Assembly (NCBI GenBank): GCA_963924565.1
Contig: OZ004614.1
Coordinates: forward strand, 9,672,001 to 9,736,000
Source of the DNA: Ascidiella aspersa
Taxonomy: Eukaryota
DNA: 64,000 nucleotides
Direction: 5' to 3'
Shown piece by piece: positions 26,061 to 38,253 of the stretch. The notes below the pieces were generated by a model. That model worked only from the letters and a program-made list of their open reading frames with translations, ran no database searches and was not told the DNA's origin. The position numbers and the translations under genes were made by a program. How positions within the stretch are numbered: position 1 is the first letter of the stretch; each line of letters opens with the position of its first letter.

Positions 26061-28354
26061 ACGGCGTGGTGTCGGGCTCGCGATTATAGAGAGGAGCGAT
26101 AAATTCGGACCGGAGTCGATAATCGATGACAAGTGATTGGGCTTGCGCGATGCCGCAGGGCCGTATCGGCGCCGATCCGATACCGAATCGGTTGGTGTGT
26201 TCCAGCCATTGTTAGTAATCCCCTGTAGAGTTTCCACCTTGAAATATTAACCGCCTGCTAGGAAACAACCACAAAATGGAGCATTATTAACCGAAGCAAA
26301 TACGCCTAACAGTAAGAAAAAACATATCTTTGCACTTTTAATTTTTGAATATTTTTTATTTGTTTAATTTAATCGTAGTAATGCATTGACACATTCGGTG
26401 TTGTTTCATACAACCATATGTTTTGCCCGAAATATCGAGTAACGTATCGGAATAAATTAAGTATCGGACCACCCTAGCTCTATTACTTTCCAAGTGGCGC
26501 TTAGAGTACACGTTTGGTGACCAATCGGTTGCTTTGTTTTACTTGTGCACCTGAAATGTATATTTAGTTCTTAATTCGCTTTATTTATTGCTGCAAGTGA
26601 TTTTACCACACTACAGAATGACTGTGACCGGTTATTTATGAAACGTTGCGATTGTATTTAGAGCTATAACTAAACATCGAGTTTGCCCCGAAATCGGATT
26701 TTCTACAGTTATACCTTTTACATCAACCACCAAAACCGAACAGTGATACTTAACTCGTTTAAAAAAACTTTTTTGACTGTATTACTTCTTTTGTTAACAG
26801 CTCTCATGAACTGTGTGTTATGTTTGAGAGCAGTAGTGTAAGACGCAAATTAACACGCGATAAATATTGTTGAATTATTTCATCAGCGGTACTTTGTTGA
26901 GAAAACGCACTTGCCACATCTTCTTTCTTACCGTTTTGTCGTACTTTATCCTTTACCATTTTTTCTTTAGCATACAAGAAGTGTTAAACGTAATTTACGC
27001 TCAATACCTACCGCTTGTAATGGTTTAGAGCGGTCTTACGACAGTTGCTCTATGCAGTTCAATTTAAACAGAGTTTGGTTATGTATAACCCAATCGATCT
27101 AATGGTTCAGCCAAGTCTGTATAATCCATAACTACAAACTCGTTCATAGGGGTTATTCGAAATCCATCGGTCCGTCAGGAATTTCCCTTCAATCAAGGCT
27201 GCAATCAAATTTGGTCTCCGTGGAATTTTTTTAAGACGAGACCTCCGTTTTATCAACCACTTTATCGACCAGGTTTTAAAAGTGTGGAAACAGTGGATCA
27301 CTTGTATCTTTGTTATAAAGTTATATAAAAGTGAAATATAGGATTGGAAGTGTGCATGCATTTTGCTCATATTTTTGTTTATGCTTTGTTTACAACACCA
27401 TTAAGCACGAAACTTTAGCGCGCGACTAAAATTTTATAATGAAAAGTAGATGTTGGACGGTTTTTTTTGTAAGTACACATGTGCAATCTATATGTTGTGC
27501 ATTACATTGTTTGATGCTTTCTGTACTGCCGTGCATCTATACTGACTGTTTATAGGCGCGTTAAAATCATCAGAAAACATATTTGGATGTCGCAGGCGAC
27601 TCACTGTATGTTTTTTTACCTATCCCATGCTAACACGTTGGTGACACTTTTTTGTTATATTGCTTCTTTTTTCTTTGTTTTTCTGCGGTTGCCATACTTT
27701 CCTATGAGCTACATTTGACCTAAAGGTCGCCTCATATTCCTTATTCGGTCTGAACTATTTCGCTGCTATGTTTATCACGATTTCTTCAAGATGCGCTTCG
27801 TTCTGTGGTTTACTTAATTTCCACAGAAAATATAGCGCTTTCTCAAGTCCAGATAGTTAAATTCAATATCGGTCCTCTTTGTTACTGACAAAAGGTCTAT
27901 TTTCAGCACAGTTTGGGAGGAGGGTTGTATTTGGAATGTTTTGGGGGTATTATGAAAGTCGAAGAATATTTGGGGGTTATTACTTTTAAAATGGAAAAAA
28001 AATTAATAAACAAACGCTTTACGCCTCTTTTGGGAATTAGACTCGATTTCAGTTTCTTATTTACAGATCAGTTAGGTTTCTTAAGTCTACTTATTTTATA
28101 GCGTCATCTATGAAAAATGTCATGTCTTCCCTGGTCTACACGAACCAAAACATTTATTATGCGCCAGCGTTAAAAAAATTTGAAACTCCTTAACTATACT
28201 AAATTTCTCGACCGTATAGCAAAGCTTGCAAAGCTTAATAACCGACCGAGGGTGTTATGTACATCAAACGTTTGGTGGAAGCTTTTCGCATAGTTTAAAA
28301 CTTCGATGTCTGCCTAGTGCAGCACGTGTCATTAATATTAACATTGGTATAGAT

Positions 28355-30500
28355 CAGTGGTTTTTAACCTGGGGGTCGCGACCCCCGGGTGGGTCGTTTG
28401 CCTTTTCTCTGGGTGTCGCGAAGACGACAATCAAAAATACAAACCACTATTGCTAGAATGCGAGATAATTTGCTTAAAAAATTAACTTGTAATGATAGTG
28501 AATGTTCACACAGTGAGCTACCAGGGAGAAAGTTGCGAGATCGAATATTATTATAATAATGTAGGCTTGCTATTGAGTTCCCGGTATCAATCATAGGTAG
28601 CCTACGGCAGTGCTTGTCAACCTTTTTTGGAACAGTACACACTTAAGTTTACTAAAGAACTTTAAGCGAAAACTTATACCTATAATTCAAGCTGCAATTG
28701 TTTATATTGCACGATTTTTATCTTCAGACTCATTAAAGACAGAAATCACAAGCAAAAAACTATTAACCGTTGTGACAAGAACCATATTTTTTATATCACA
28801 ATAACGATTGTTACATCACATTAACGCAGTGTTTCTCAACCTTTTTCACCCCGGGGCGCACTCGTAAACCTTTTAAAACGTGGCGGCGCACCTGACGAGC
28901 GAGTCGACTGCTAACTTTGTTTGGATACTTTGTTTTTTGCTGGCAGTTTTTATTACATCAGGCTCCCAATTCTATTATCTATTAAGCAGCTTTTAAAAAT
29001 AACCCGATTCCAACTCCCAAATTCGACTCCGGCCAAATGTGTGATTTCATCAAATTCCGAGTCCGTCTGCAACCCTACAGCATTTAATTTTCCCATTTAT
29101 GTAACTAAATTAAGGTGGATTTTCAACAATCCCCTCATAGGGGTGTCATATATCTCATCCAACCACAATACATTGCTGGAAAATATCCACCATATGCTAT
29201 TTCGCCTTTTTTAACATTTGTTGGCATTATTAGTTTTAAAATTGGTACTGCGCATGTCGGACTCGGGACTCGGGACTCCATCAGTCCGATTTCAGCAAAA
29301 TAAATCGATCACGGTACGCCGAGTCTCAAATATGACTCCCGACTCCACAGACCTGCTATAAAATGCGACGTGCTCAATAAGACATGCCTAAAGAGAAAGA
29401 AAATAAATGAAATAGGCCTTTCATGTTGTAAATTATGAAAACACGCGGTATGTTAGTTAAAGTTCGATGGAAACACAGAATAAGCCCCAAGAGCAACAAC
29501 ATCTAACTCGGAATAAATCCAAAATGTAACGGAAAAAACCTAAATGGACAAAATAACGCCCAAAACTGTAAAAAAAAACAGGGTATGGGACGATTAAAGG
29601 ACATATTCTTGGCATCGGCCGTTTTGGTGTCAACGTTTGGGTGCCATTGTGTTTTGGCACAGGATTGTTTGCCTCTGTTTGGGGTTAGGCGCGAGTAATG
29701 GGTAGATTTAGAATTTGGGGGGAGTTTGTGTTGAAGTTATGGGTGCGGTTTGGGGTTAAGTAAAAGGTAGCAAAGGCCTTATTCTTGCCATTTAGGCCTT
29801 ATTCGGACGAATTTAGGTCTTATTTTGATTTAAACGCTATTACGAGTGTTAGGTATTAGTCCTATTTTGGTCTTACTCCGAACTGTTTTTTATGCCGAAG
29901 TTGCTGTTGTTTTAATTGTGGTCTGTTGGCAGAAGCCCCGCTAGATTGCAATAGTTCCTCTTTCTTTGTTAGCTAAGAGCCAACATCAACCATTGGGACT
30001 TCAATAAGGGCTACGAATCCAGTCATATTGCTCAGTGTTTATTCACAGAAAATAGTGACAAGAGTTTATTCTAAAATTATTCGCAAATTCTACAAATAAT
30101 ACAGAATTTTTGTAACATTTTTTCCTCATTTTCTCGCGGCGCACCTGGCCACCTTCCACGGCGCACCAATGCGCCGCGGCGCACCGGTTGAGAAACGCTG
30201 CATTAACGATTAAAGTAAAGTTTAGTCAAATGGTGTTATCGAATGAAAATCGTAATGCGGCGATTAGGGGTTTAAACCGTAACTTTATAAGCTAGTATAC
30301 TTACACTTTTTTCGTTAATCCGTATAGTTAAACCAAAAAAACAAATTTACAACAATCGGTCGAGAAATGTGATCGTTTTACCAATTTAAATGTGACTCTA
30401 ATTTACTTAGGTCAATGTATCATTAATTCAAAATTGAGGGGTCGCGTAAGTTTCGAAAACTGGAAAAGGGGTCGCGACAACAAAATGTTTGGAACCGCTG
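28355..30500. mobile_element. hAT MITE (GGGTCGCGACCC family), host of nested insertions
   Basis: CAGTGGTTTTTAAC...GTTTGGAACCGCTG, TSD gtatagat/gtttagat. Confidence 0.72.
28827..30200 (+). mobile_element. Nested hAT MITE (GGCGCACC family)
   Basis: TIR CAGTGTTTCTCAACC / GGTTGAGAAACGCTG, perfect TSD cattaacg. Same end family as 45457-46236. Confidence 0.88.
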
Positions 30501-33500
30501 GTTTAGATGATATCACTTTCGCTACAGCGAATACATTCAACCAAGCAATTAAATGTGAAAATTATATTGTAGCCAACGAAGGCCGTAGTTGCCCAAGTTA
30601 TTAGTTAACTTTCGCGGAAAACGTATAAATTACCCGGATTGGGCATTTGTATAAAATGCGCGGCACAAATATTTTACCCCAAATGTATTGGAAAGGTCTA
30701 GCTGTAATTACAATCATTCCCCAAGTTTGCCCTTTTGTAAATCTTGTTTCGAGATGAATTTCGTTTTAATTTGCGATTACCAGTGACGACCAGCGTTGTA
30801 GTTTGTTAAAATATTCATTTTGAAAATAAGTCCAAGTCAAGTTATACGTAAAATAACTCAAGTCCAAGTATTTTTGAATCATTGACTTGAGTCATTACAA
30901 CACTCTATTGACAGTAGATACCTATATAATGCACAGGTTGGCCGCTATACGAGTCGATTGCGGTTTGTTGCGCTCTGTCAAATGAGCTACAAGATGGCAT
31001 GAAAACAGGCCGGAAAAATTAACATGACATACAGGTATCGCAGGGCGTTTATCGATTCCTGACAAGGCAGCCTAATGCATTTGGTTGAATTTGAAAAATC
31101 ACCCTCCCCCTTCCAACGGTTATTTTGTCCTGAAAGCGATCTTCGATATCTTTGCAGGGGTAAAATACGTTACACTTAAACTTCCAAACATGGAATAAAT
31201 CTAGGAGTGTTTGGCAATAGGTTTAATAAGTTAAGTGTTTCTTTCAGATTAGCATGGATGGAAAATTACAATCGCCACACAATGGTTCAAAAAGACATTT
31301 AAAACGTTTATGTTCTCGTTTGGTCAAATACAAGCTTTAACGTGTTTATACAATTGATTTAGTTTTATTATTATTATTATTTTGGGGTTTAGGAACTCAT
31401 TTTTTTATTTAGTATGAATCCATTTTTTTTGTACTTAATTAGAATTTGATTTTTATTTTTATTTTTTATTTTAGTATAACTCACATTTCAGTCAATTCGT
31501 TTATTCCATAAAGTCACTGTTAGTTGTAAAGATGCACCGCTTTATTAATAAAGTTTACGTTGCACAATTGCACTTTGTGGAAATTGTATACCCGCCCAAA
31601 CCTAAAATTGTGGACCCGAAAATAAATTCCCGGTAAAAGTTGACTGCTAATTGAAAATGGTTGATAAAGCTTTATGAAATGTATATAAGTTAGACAAAAA
31701 TGGTAATACATCGTACAATTAGGTATAGAAAACACATTTTTCAATTCGAAAATCAGAAAAAACTTTTATTTTTTATTATTTTTTTTTTATTTTTTTTTTA
31801 AATAAATGGAACGTTTTAATATGATTGAAGAAACCATGAAATACAATAAAAGCATCAATAAAAAACGATAATTTCATCAGGAAGGGTATTTTCGTTGTTA
31901 AAAAATTTAAAATTCAGTGTATACGGATAATTCAGGATGACATTCCAACGGTCAGATAAAGAAACATACATTTTTCCCGTTCTGGGGCGGAACGGAAGAT
32001 ATCGTTGTAAAAAAGATCATAAACACGAAACGAGGTTATGTAAGCCGGTCTATAGAGACCCCATAAGGCAAAACACGGCCGACCGATTAATTATTAAACA
32101 GATTGGCATACAGTTGCGCGCCTAAATCGGTATTTTGCTCATACGCGTTAATACATTTTCTTTCATTGCTGCACCAGTGGTCGGTTTGCTGAACTCATGT
32201 TGGCTTCTAACAACCCAGTGTCCAACATAGCGTTAACGCAGTCGTATACTACTGCAAGAAGCTTCTAAAAGTGACATACGGTATTCTGTATGAAATCGTC
32301 CTGGAGCGTTTGCCATATGACAGATTTACAGACTTAAATACCCTCATGTCATGGAGTTATGCGCAGTTGATTATGGCAAAGCTTTCGCAACAAGTTGGAC
32401 TTCTGAAACGTTCCAATACACAATGCGTGTGCTATGAACAAGGTCTCTGGAGTCGTAGTGGCCATAGATAACGGCACATTATGTTACATATAGGCCTAGT
32501 AAACCGGAAAGGCTTTTTTCTAGCCTGGCCATGCTAACACTATAATCCTGACAAGGCTGACTGATTTTGATGAGCCTTCCCGAAAGCATTCGATGTAGGC
32601 TTGTTGTCAAATTCAAGTCTCTTGGAAAAATAACAGGCCAAGTCCCAGTTCAAGTTATTATAGTTTCCCAAGTTAAGCCCCCCTTAATCAGTATTTGAGT
32701 ACATGTCCAAAGTCAAGTCATCGACATGAAAACATGTGTATGATTTACGCAGTTTTGCTCCTGTTATTTAGCTCCAGCATTATTATAAAAATATTTTTTT
32801 GATTCCTATCTAAAAACACAGTTGGGTCGCAATGTAAATTCTGATTTAATTGTATTTAAATTGGGATCGCTTACCAAAAAGGTTGGAGACCACTGCATTA
32901 AGATATTAAAACTGATAAAACTCAAGATAAATTAACCAAGTGTTTAAAAAAAATTAATGAGAACACTTATTCTCAACGTATTGGCCACAGTGAATTCCAA
33001 GTCAAATAATTTGCACAAAATACTTAAATCAAGACAAGTCAACAATGTGTTACAACACTTCCATGCAAAAATGATCAATGGAGTGAACAAATTAAAAAAT
33101 GGTTCCCTTTTGAAAATGTTTTAAGACTTTCGATGACGTTTATAACAGGCTGATGCAAGAATGTAAACATTTAATTTTTTCAGCAACATCTCTCAGCGAA
33201 AAGAAGACACAATTCCCCAGACAAAAAAAATCGTTTACCTTCGTATTTCATTGCACAAAACGAAATATAATATAGCGACATTGTGCTTTAAAAAGAGGAA
33301 ATATGACAATACACGAAAGTAAATGGTCATTAGGTAAATGAGAGTTTTCCTGTTATAATTTGTTTTGTTTGTGTTTTTTCACTATTTTATTATAAATAAA
33401 CCAAAAACTTGGTAAAACTGAACCATAATGCCCATACTCGTTTCAAAGTGTAAATATATCGGCATTAAATTACCTATATAGGCCTACAGATACTCGACAT

Positions 33501-34651
33501 GTCAAATAAGGAGTACTGCGCAATAAGCAGTTATACACGTCAATGATTTCTAAAATATATCAAGTTTAACAACTTAATTTTAAGGTGTTGACTAATGATG
33601 AGAAATAACACTAAATTTTCGATTTGTCGATTTCGAAGTGACCTCGCAGCTGTGTGATTAATGAAAAACAAAATTTGATACACATTACACAACTTTATAC
33701 AAAGAAGTGAAAGATCCAGTTACATACTTATATCGTTTTGCCCTATATAATGTTTAGTAATATAAAACGTCAAAGGGGTCGTTTTTCAAGCCTGCTTTTC
33801 ATTGAAGGTCTGAACTAAACTAACAGGACCTTTCGTGGCTATTTTGGGCTCTGCCCGGTCGATAATAGGCGAAATGGCAATAGTTGAACTTCATTTGACG
33901 TCATCAGGGAAAATATTTTCGTTTGCTTCGAACTCTAAAAGGTTTGGCAGGTTGAGAAAAAAAAAAGTTTGACAGGTTGAGAAACGCCTTGATTCAAATT
34001 TTAATTCGTCATCTCAGACAAAATTTTGTACCGCCACGAGGCTTTTATGGTTAATAGAGTCATCCTAATGGCAACTTGCAAAGAGCAAACTGTCTTTCAA
34101 ACTAAAATGCCAATATTAGGTTAAATTTTATTAAAAACTGGTCACCGCTGGCCTAGTGCCCTTAATGTGCATCCTTTTGAACAAGAGCAAATAAAGTTTT
34201 TACGCTAATGATGCTGTGAAATCACAGGTTGACTTTTTACCAGAGCACGAGTTGCCAGAATACGACAAAAATTCAGGGAAGGTATTGTTTGCCGAATATA
34301 CCATGATGCCAAAAGAATTGGCTGAACGTTAAACCAATCTAGTACGCTACATCACTCCTAAAGCTTTCGGTTTATTACTCACATGTGTACCGGGAGAGTT
34401 TTTTTTTTAAGTTCATAAAGGACACTGTCTTTTAGGAATATTTAAGCTTTGAAAATCTATAGAATCCGTTACAAAGGTATAAGTAGAATAGTTTTCTCAA
34501 CGAAAACCATGGACATTGTTTCACAGAGTTACGTCAAAACGAAACGTCCATAAGAAGTGACCTTAGAAAACCTGAAGTTATCGCTTGATAAAAAAGAATA
34601 TTTACATAAAAAAGGCAGACTGGCCTAGTGAAAAAAGGTCTTGGCCTATAC

Positions 34652-35024
34652 CAGTGCTCTACAACCTTTTTTTGGTTTGGTGAACTCTTAAAGTTTTTGT
34701 GACAAACTCATACACCCTGTTCACTTAAAAGGTAAACTGAGATAAAAAATCATTATGCTTAACTATATCACCATGTTAATTAAACCGAGCGGAGCTGCCG
34801 AAGTTTTAAACATTGTCGGTGAGAGTTCGATTTTATAGCTGCAGGCTGCTGCGAGTACTATTGCATGTCAGAAAAAACATTCAGTGTTAAATAATAATAT
34901 TTCGTTAAAATATAAAATAATAAAAGTTCATGATGACCCCTTGTATACCTTTTCGTACTGGTGCACCCCATGCATATTTTGATACACACTAGGGTGCACC
35001 GTGCACACCGGTTGAAGAGCACTG
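34652..35024. mobile_element. hAT MITE
   Basis: TIR CAGTGCTCTACAACC / GGTTGAAGAGCACTG, perfect TSD gcctatac. Confidence 0.88.
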
Positions 35025-35278
35025 GCCTATACTACGTTGCAACCCACAGACCCTGGAAAAATACGGCACGCGGCTATAGGGTCCAATAATACCAACCCAA
35101 TTAAGCCGGCGCTTTTCAATAAAACGTGATTATATTCTTTTGGTATTTCTTAAACTCTATTTTACATGCTAGTTAGCGCACGAGTTTAAACGAGAACAAG
35201 ATGCTCCAGGCTAGTTATTTTAGGACGTAAATAAGAGACATAAATAAAAAAAAGCTTCTCTGGTAATTGTGATTATCT

Positions 35279-35320
35279 ACCAACGTTTCGGTAACCTATG
35301 CAAGTCGCCTTCGTCGGGGT
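35279..35320 (-). ncRNA. Degenerate minimal hammerhead-like motif (Penelope-type terminus)
   Basis: Minus strand reads ACC-CCGACGA-A-GGCGAC(ttgcatag)GTTACC-GAAA-CGTT-GGT. Core has a U4>C change; AACGTT palindrome present. Confidence 0.45.
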
Positions 35321-35990
35321 GAATGAGGCCGAACGCTCGTACAATGCATGGAAAATACACAGGAAAAAATTCAAGAAAAATGCGAGCAAAGAAACGATAA
35401 GAAAATAATAAGCGATAACGTTTTGCCTCTAGTCCTTCAGCAAGTGCTTGTAGCATGCCTGTTTTGATGTTCATGGCGTTGCCCTTCTTATGAGTGTTCC
35501 AAGATTCCAAAAATAATCTTTTTCTGTGTAGTCTGACTCTCGTACTACTATCAAAGCGGCTCCAAAATCAATTTGGTGGCCTTGGGAAAGTAAATAAGTA
35601 ACGCCATCTCTAAAAATGAACATGCCAAACAAAATTTCTAAATTCAAGACTGATTTTGGACCAGGCCCGCCACAGCAATTTCGATTTATTATGAGATAGT
35701 AAGCAACCCTCTGGTAATATTGGATCGAAGCGACTAGACGGTGACAAGCGGTAGGATCGGTAAAAGAAAATCCTATGTGTACGACATATATATATACATA
35801 TATTGTCCTTATCGAGTGTCACGTCATGTTTTGTCTGTGCGGTGCTGCTTTGCATTAGATAGTTTTCTTCTGACAACCTGATGTTTTAACTTTTTATTTA
35901 ACCTATACTGACTCCGTATGCTTTTGACCTTTTCATTAATTTTATTATTATTTTTTTTGCTTTGTATACTATGCATTTTAATTTACTTAT

Positions 35991-36030
35991 AGGAACTGAC
36001 GATGCCAGTATAGGCGAAATACATATTCCT
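35991..36030 (+). ncRNA. Minimal type I hammerhead-ribozyme-like motif (Penelope-type), copy 2
   Basis: AGGAA-CTGACGA-T-GCC(agtata)GGC-GAAA-TAC-ATA-TTCCT: perfect 5-bp stem I, 3-bp stem II, AUA triplet. Confidence 0.6.
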
Positions 36031-36168
36031 TAAAAAAATGTCTGATCCTGATTTTACTTAGGTTTTTAAACTTTGGATTTTATTGTTTATATACGCGTCA
36101 GCGGAACAGTGACCGACAAGCAGAAACCTGCTGCCAGTGGTTTTGGATTCCATAAAGATACGCCCTTC

Positions 36169-36170
36169 TA

Positions 36171-36200
<30 letters not shown>
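36169..36200. repeat. (TA)n microsatellite
   Basis: Read directly. It abuts the 3' end of the hammerhead-containing repeat. Confidence 0.95.
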
Positions 36201-36201
<1 letters not shown>

Positions 36202-36809
36202 TAACCTTCGATTCCTGATTAAATCTTTTCTGAGCACTTTATCGCTGTGTTGGGTTCGCAAATCATGGTTGCAATGCACAAATTAATTTTGTTTTAGATT
36301 CCCTAACAGCCTGCGCTAAGGGACCACTTGGCCGACTATCTAATAAATCTAAATAAGGTTGAAGGTCACGCTAGAAAGTGACACAGATTGCCACAACGGC
36401 TTGCACACTTTGTTGTTTTAACGATATGCGCCCTGACAGGGCATTATTTCGTTGTAGGACGTGAGTAGATATAATCGGTCTTTAGTCTTTTATAAGATGC
36501 AAAATTATCGCAACTCTTTGGCTAGTTATGAACATTTTGGTTAAGACCTTTTCACCTGTTTTGTTCAACCTATTTAAGCCGATGAATGAAAGCACGTATT
36601 GTTTACAGACACTCGCTTTGCATTTCGCGCTTTCTTCACTGCCCAAAATATACGCATAACTTCCGCTAAGCATATGCGCGTGAACCAGATATTCCCCGGT
36701 AACAATCAAGCATTTCTGTACGTCAAGTGACCAACCGTTGCGGCTTTAAGGTCTTTCATAAAACCAAAACAACGCATATTGCTACAACTAAATTTCCTCG
36801 CGCCGACCG

Positions 36810-36873
36810 ATCAGATGTCGGCATCGAAATTCCAGGTTCAAATCAGATGTCCGCATCAAAATTCAAGGTTCAA
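36810..36873. repeat. Two tandem copies of a 32-bp unit
   Basis: atcagatgtcggcatcgaaattccaggttcaa / atcagatgtccgcatcaaaattcaaggttcaa. Confidence 0.85.
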
Positions 36874-37310
36874 AAGTTAATAGCAGCCCAGACCAGTTGT
36901 TAGCAAGACTATAGTTGCAAAGCATATAGGACCAAGTATGGGAGATTGTAAGAGTTTCTCCAAGAAACAGAAAAAAGTATTCGGAATGTTTTTCCGAAAG
37001 TTGTCTATGTAGAACGGGTTGCATATTCTGTGTCAATATAAACCTAAAAACTTGTTTGTTTGTATAGACGCTCAATTTGCTTTACAGTGCATTTTTTGTT
37101 TTTTTAAATGTAAATCAATAAATTAATCAAAATGATTTAGTTTGAAGGCGTAGTCTTAGTGTTTTAAAATCTTCTTTTGAAATGTTATGGATTACGACAG
37201 GGAACGCAAAGGTGAAAAATTGTTTTAAACTGAAAAGCGTCTGCCCTTAATATTAGATGTATGGCTGATTTATGCTTGATCCACTGTTAATAATTTTTGT
37301 CGTTACCACT

Positions 37311-37518
37311 TGTGGCGACTCTATGCACTCAGTCTCCCTCCAGCATAGTTGCTGGCGTGTAACAGCCCGTGGGTGACCTAATTAATGTCACACTCGAGTT
37401 AGCACACTGTAGTTGACGAAGCGCACAATTGCCTTTTTCTTGCGTACATTTTCATCGTGGTTACGCGGTACATGTTCCACCACTTCTTTGAGCGCCTCAT
37501 ACAAGAATCATCGCTACA
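37311..37518 (+). repeat. 5' LTR (208 bp)
   Basis: TGTGGCGA...TCGCTACA. Identical to the 3' LTR except for one extra C. Confidence 0.97.
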
Positions 37519-37520
37519 TC

Positions 37521-37530
37521 TGGTGACCCC
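37521..37530 (+). other. Primer-binding site complementary to the tRNA-Trp 3' end
   Basis: TGGTGACCCC lies 2 nt after the 5' LTR. Eukaryotic tRNA-Trp ends ...GGGGUCACCA. Confidence 0.85.
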
Positions 37531-37569
37531 TGCAAGTCCAGAAACGACATTTCTGGACAACAAAAGAAT

Positions 37570-38253
37570 ATGACGGAGGAAAGTCAAGCAATAACGCAAC
37601 ACGCCGTTGCCCTCAAACTGCCTTCGTTCTGGTCTGCGCAGCCACGTGTCTGGTTCCAACAAGCTGAAGCGCAATTCGCATTGCGCAATGTAGCGATTGA
37701 CACTACGAAATATTACCATGTTGTTGCAGCCCTAGATCAAGACACCGCAAAACGTCTTATCGATCTATTAGAGAATCCACCGCAAGATGGAAAATACAAC
37801 GCCATTAAGCAAAGGCTCTTGAGCACTTTCGGTCTTTCAACCCAGGAACGAGCTTCTCAGCTGCTTAACATGCCCGATTTAGGAGACCGTAAGCCTTCTG
37901 AGTTAATGGATGACATGCTTGCGCTTCTGGGCTCACACGAGGCGTGTTTTCTTTTTCAACATTTGTTCCTACAGCGCCTGCCCGAGGATGTCCGCGTTAT
38001 TTTAGCAAGCGAGGAAATGACCAATCCACGCCATTTAGCCCAGCGGGCAGACACGCTTTGGCAAGCAAGCAGCAGTCGGACAAGAATGACTGTTTCAAAG
38101 GTTAGTTCGTCAACGCCTTCACGCAACCACGAAACCCATTCAGCTAATATCAACGACCAGGGTCTTTGTTTCTTCCACCGCCGTTTTCGAGAGAAGGCGC
38201 GCAAATGTGTTCCTCCATGCAACTATCGGGGAAACGACCGAGCCGGTCGTTGA
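37570..38253 (+). CDS. gag: Gag (CsRN1-type, CHCC zinc knuckle)
   Basis: LKLPSFW...[10 protein letters not shown]-terminus and [18 protein letters not shown] knuckle; 227 aa. Confidence 0.93.
   Translation: MTEESQAITQHAVALKLPSFWSAQPRVWFQQAEAQFALRNVAIDTTKYYHVVAALDQDTAKRLIDLLENPPQDGKYNAIKQRLLSTFGLSTQERASQLLNMPDLGDRKPSELMDDMLALLGSHEACFLFQHLFLQRLPEDVRVILASEEMTNPRHLAQRADTLWQASSSRTRMTVSKVSSSTPSRNHETHSANINDQGLCFFHRRFREKARKCVPPCNYRGNDRAGR

Noticed and set aside
29680-29760. GGGTTAG-like repeats as interstitial telomere
   Set aside because: Scattered and degenerate, inside a dispersed repeat cassette, not a (TTAGGG)n array.
32565-32590. TTGATGAG...CGAAAG as another hammerhead
   Set aside because: C3 is missing and no stem II or stem I pairing forms.
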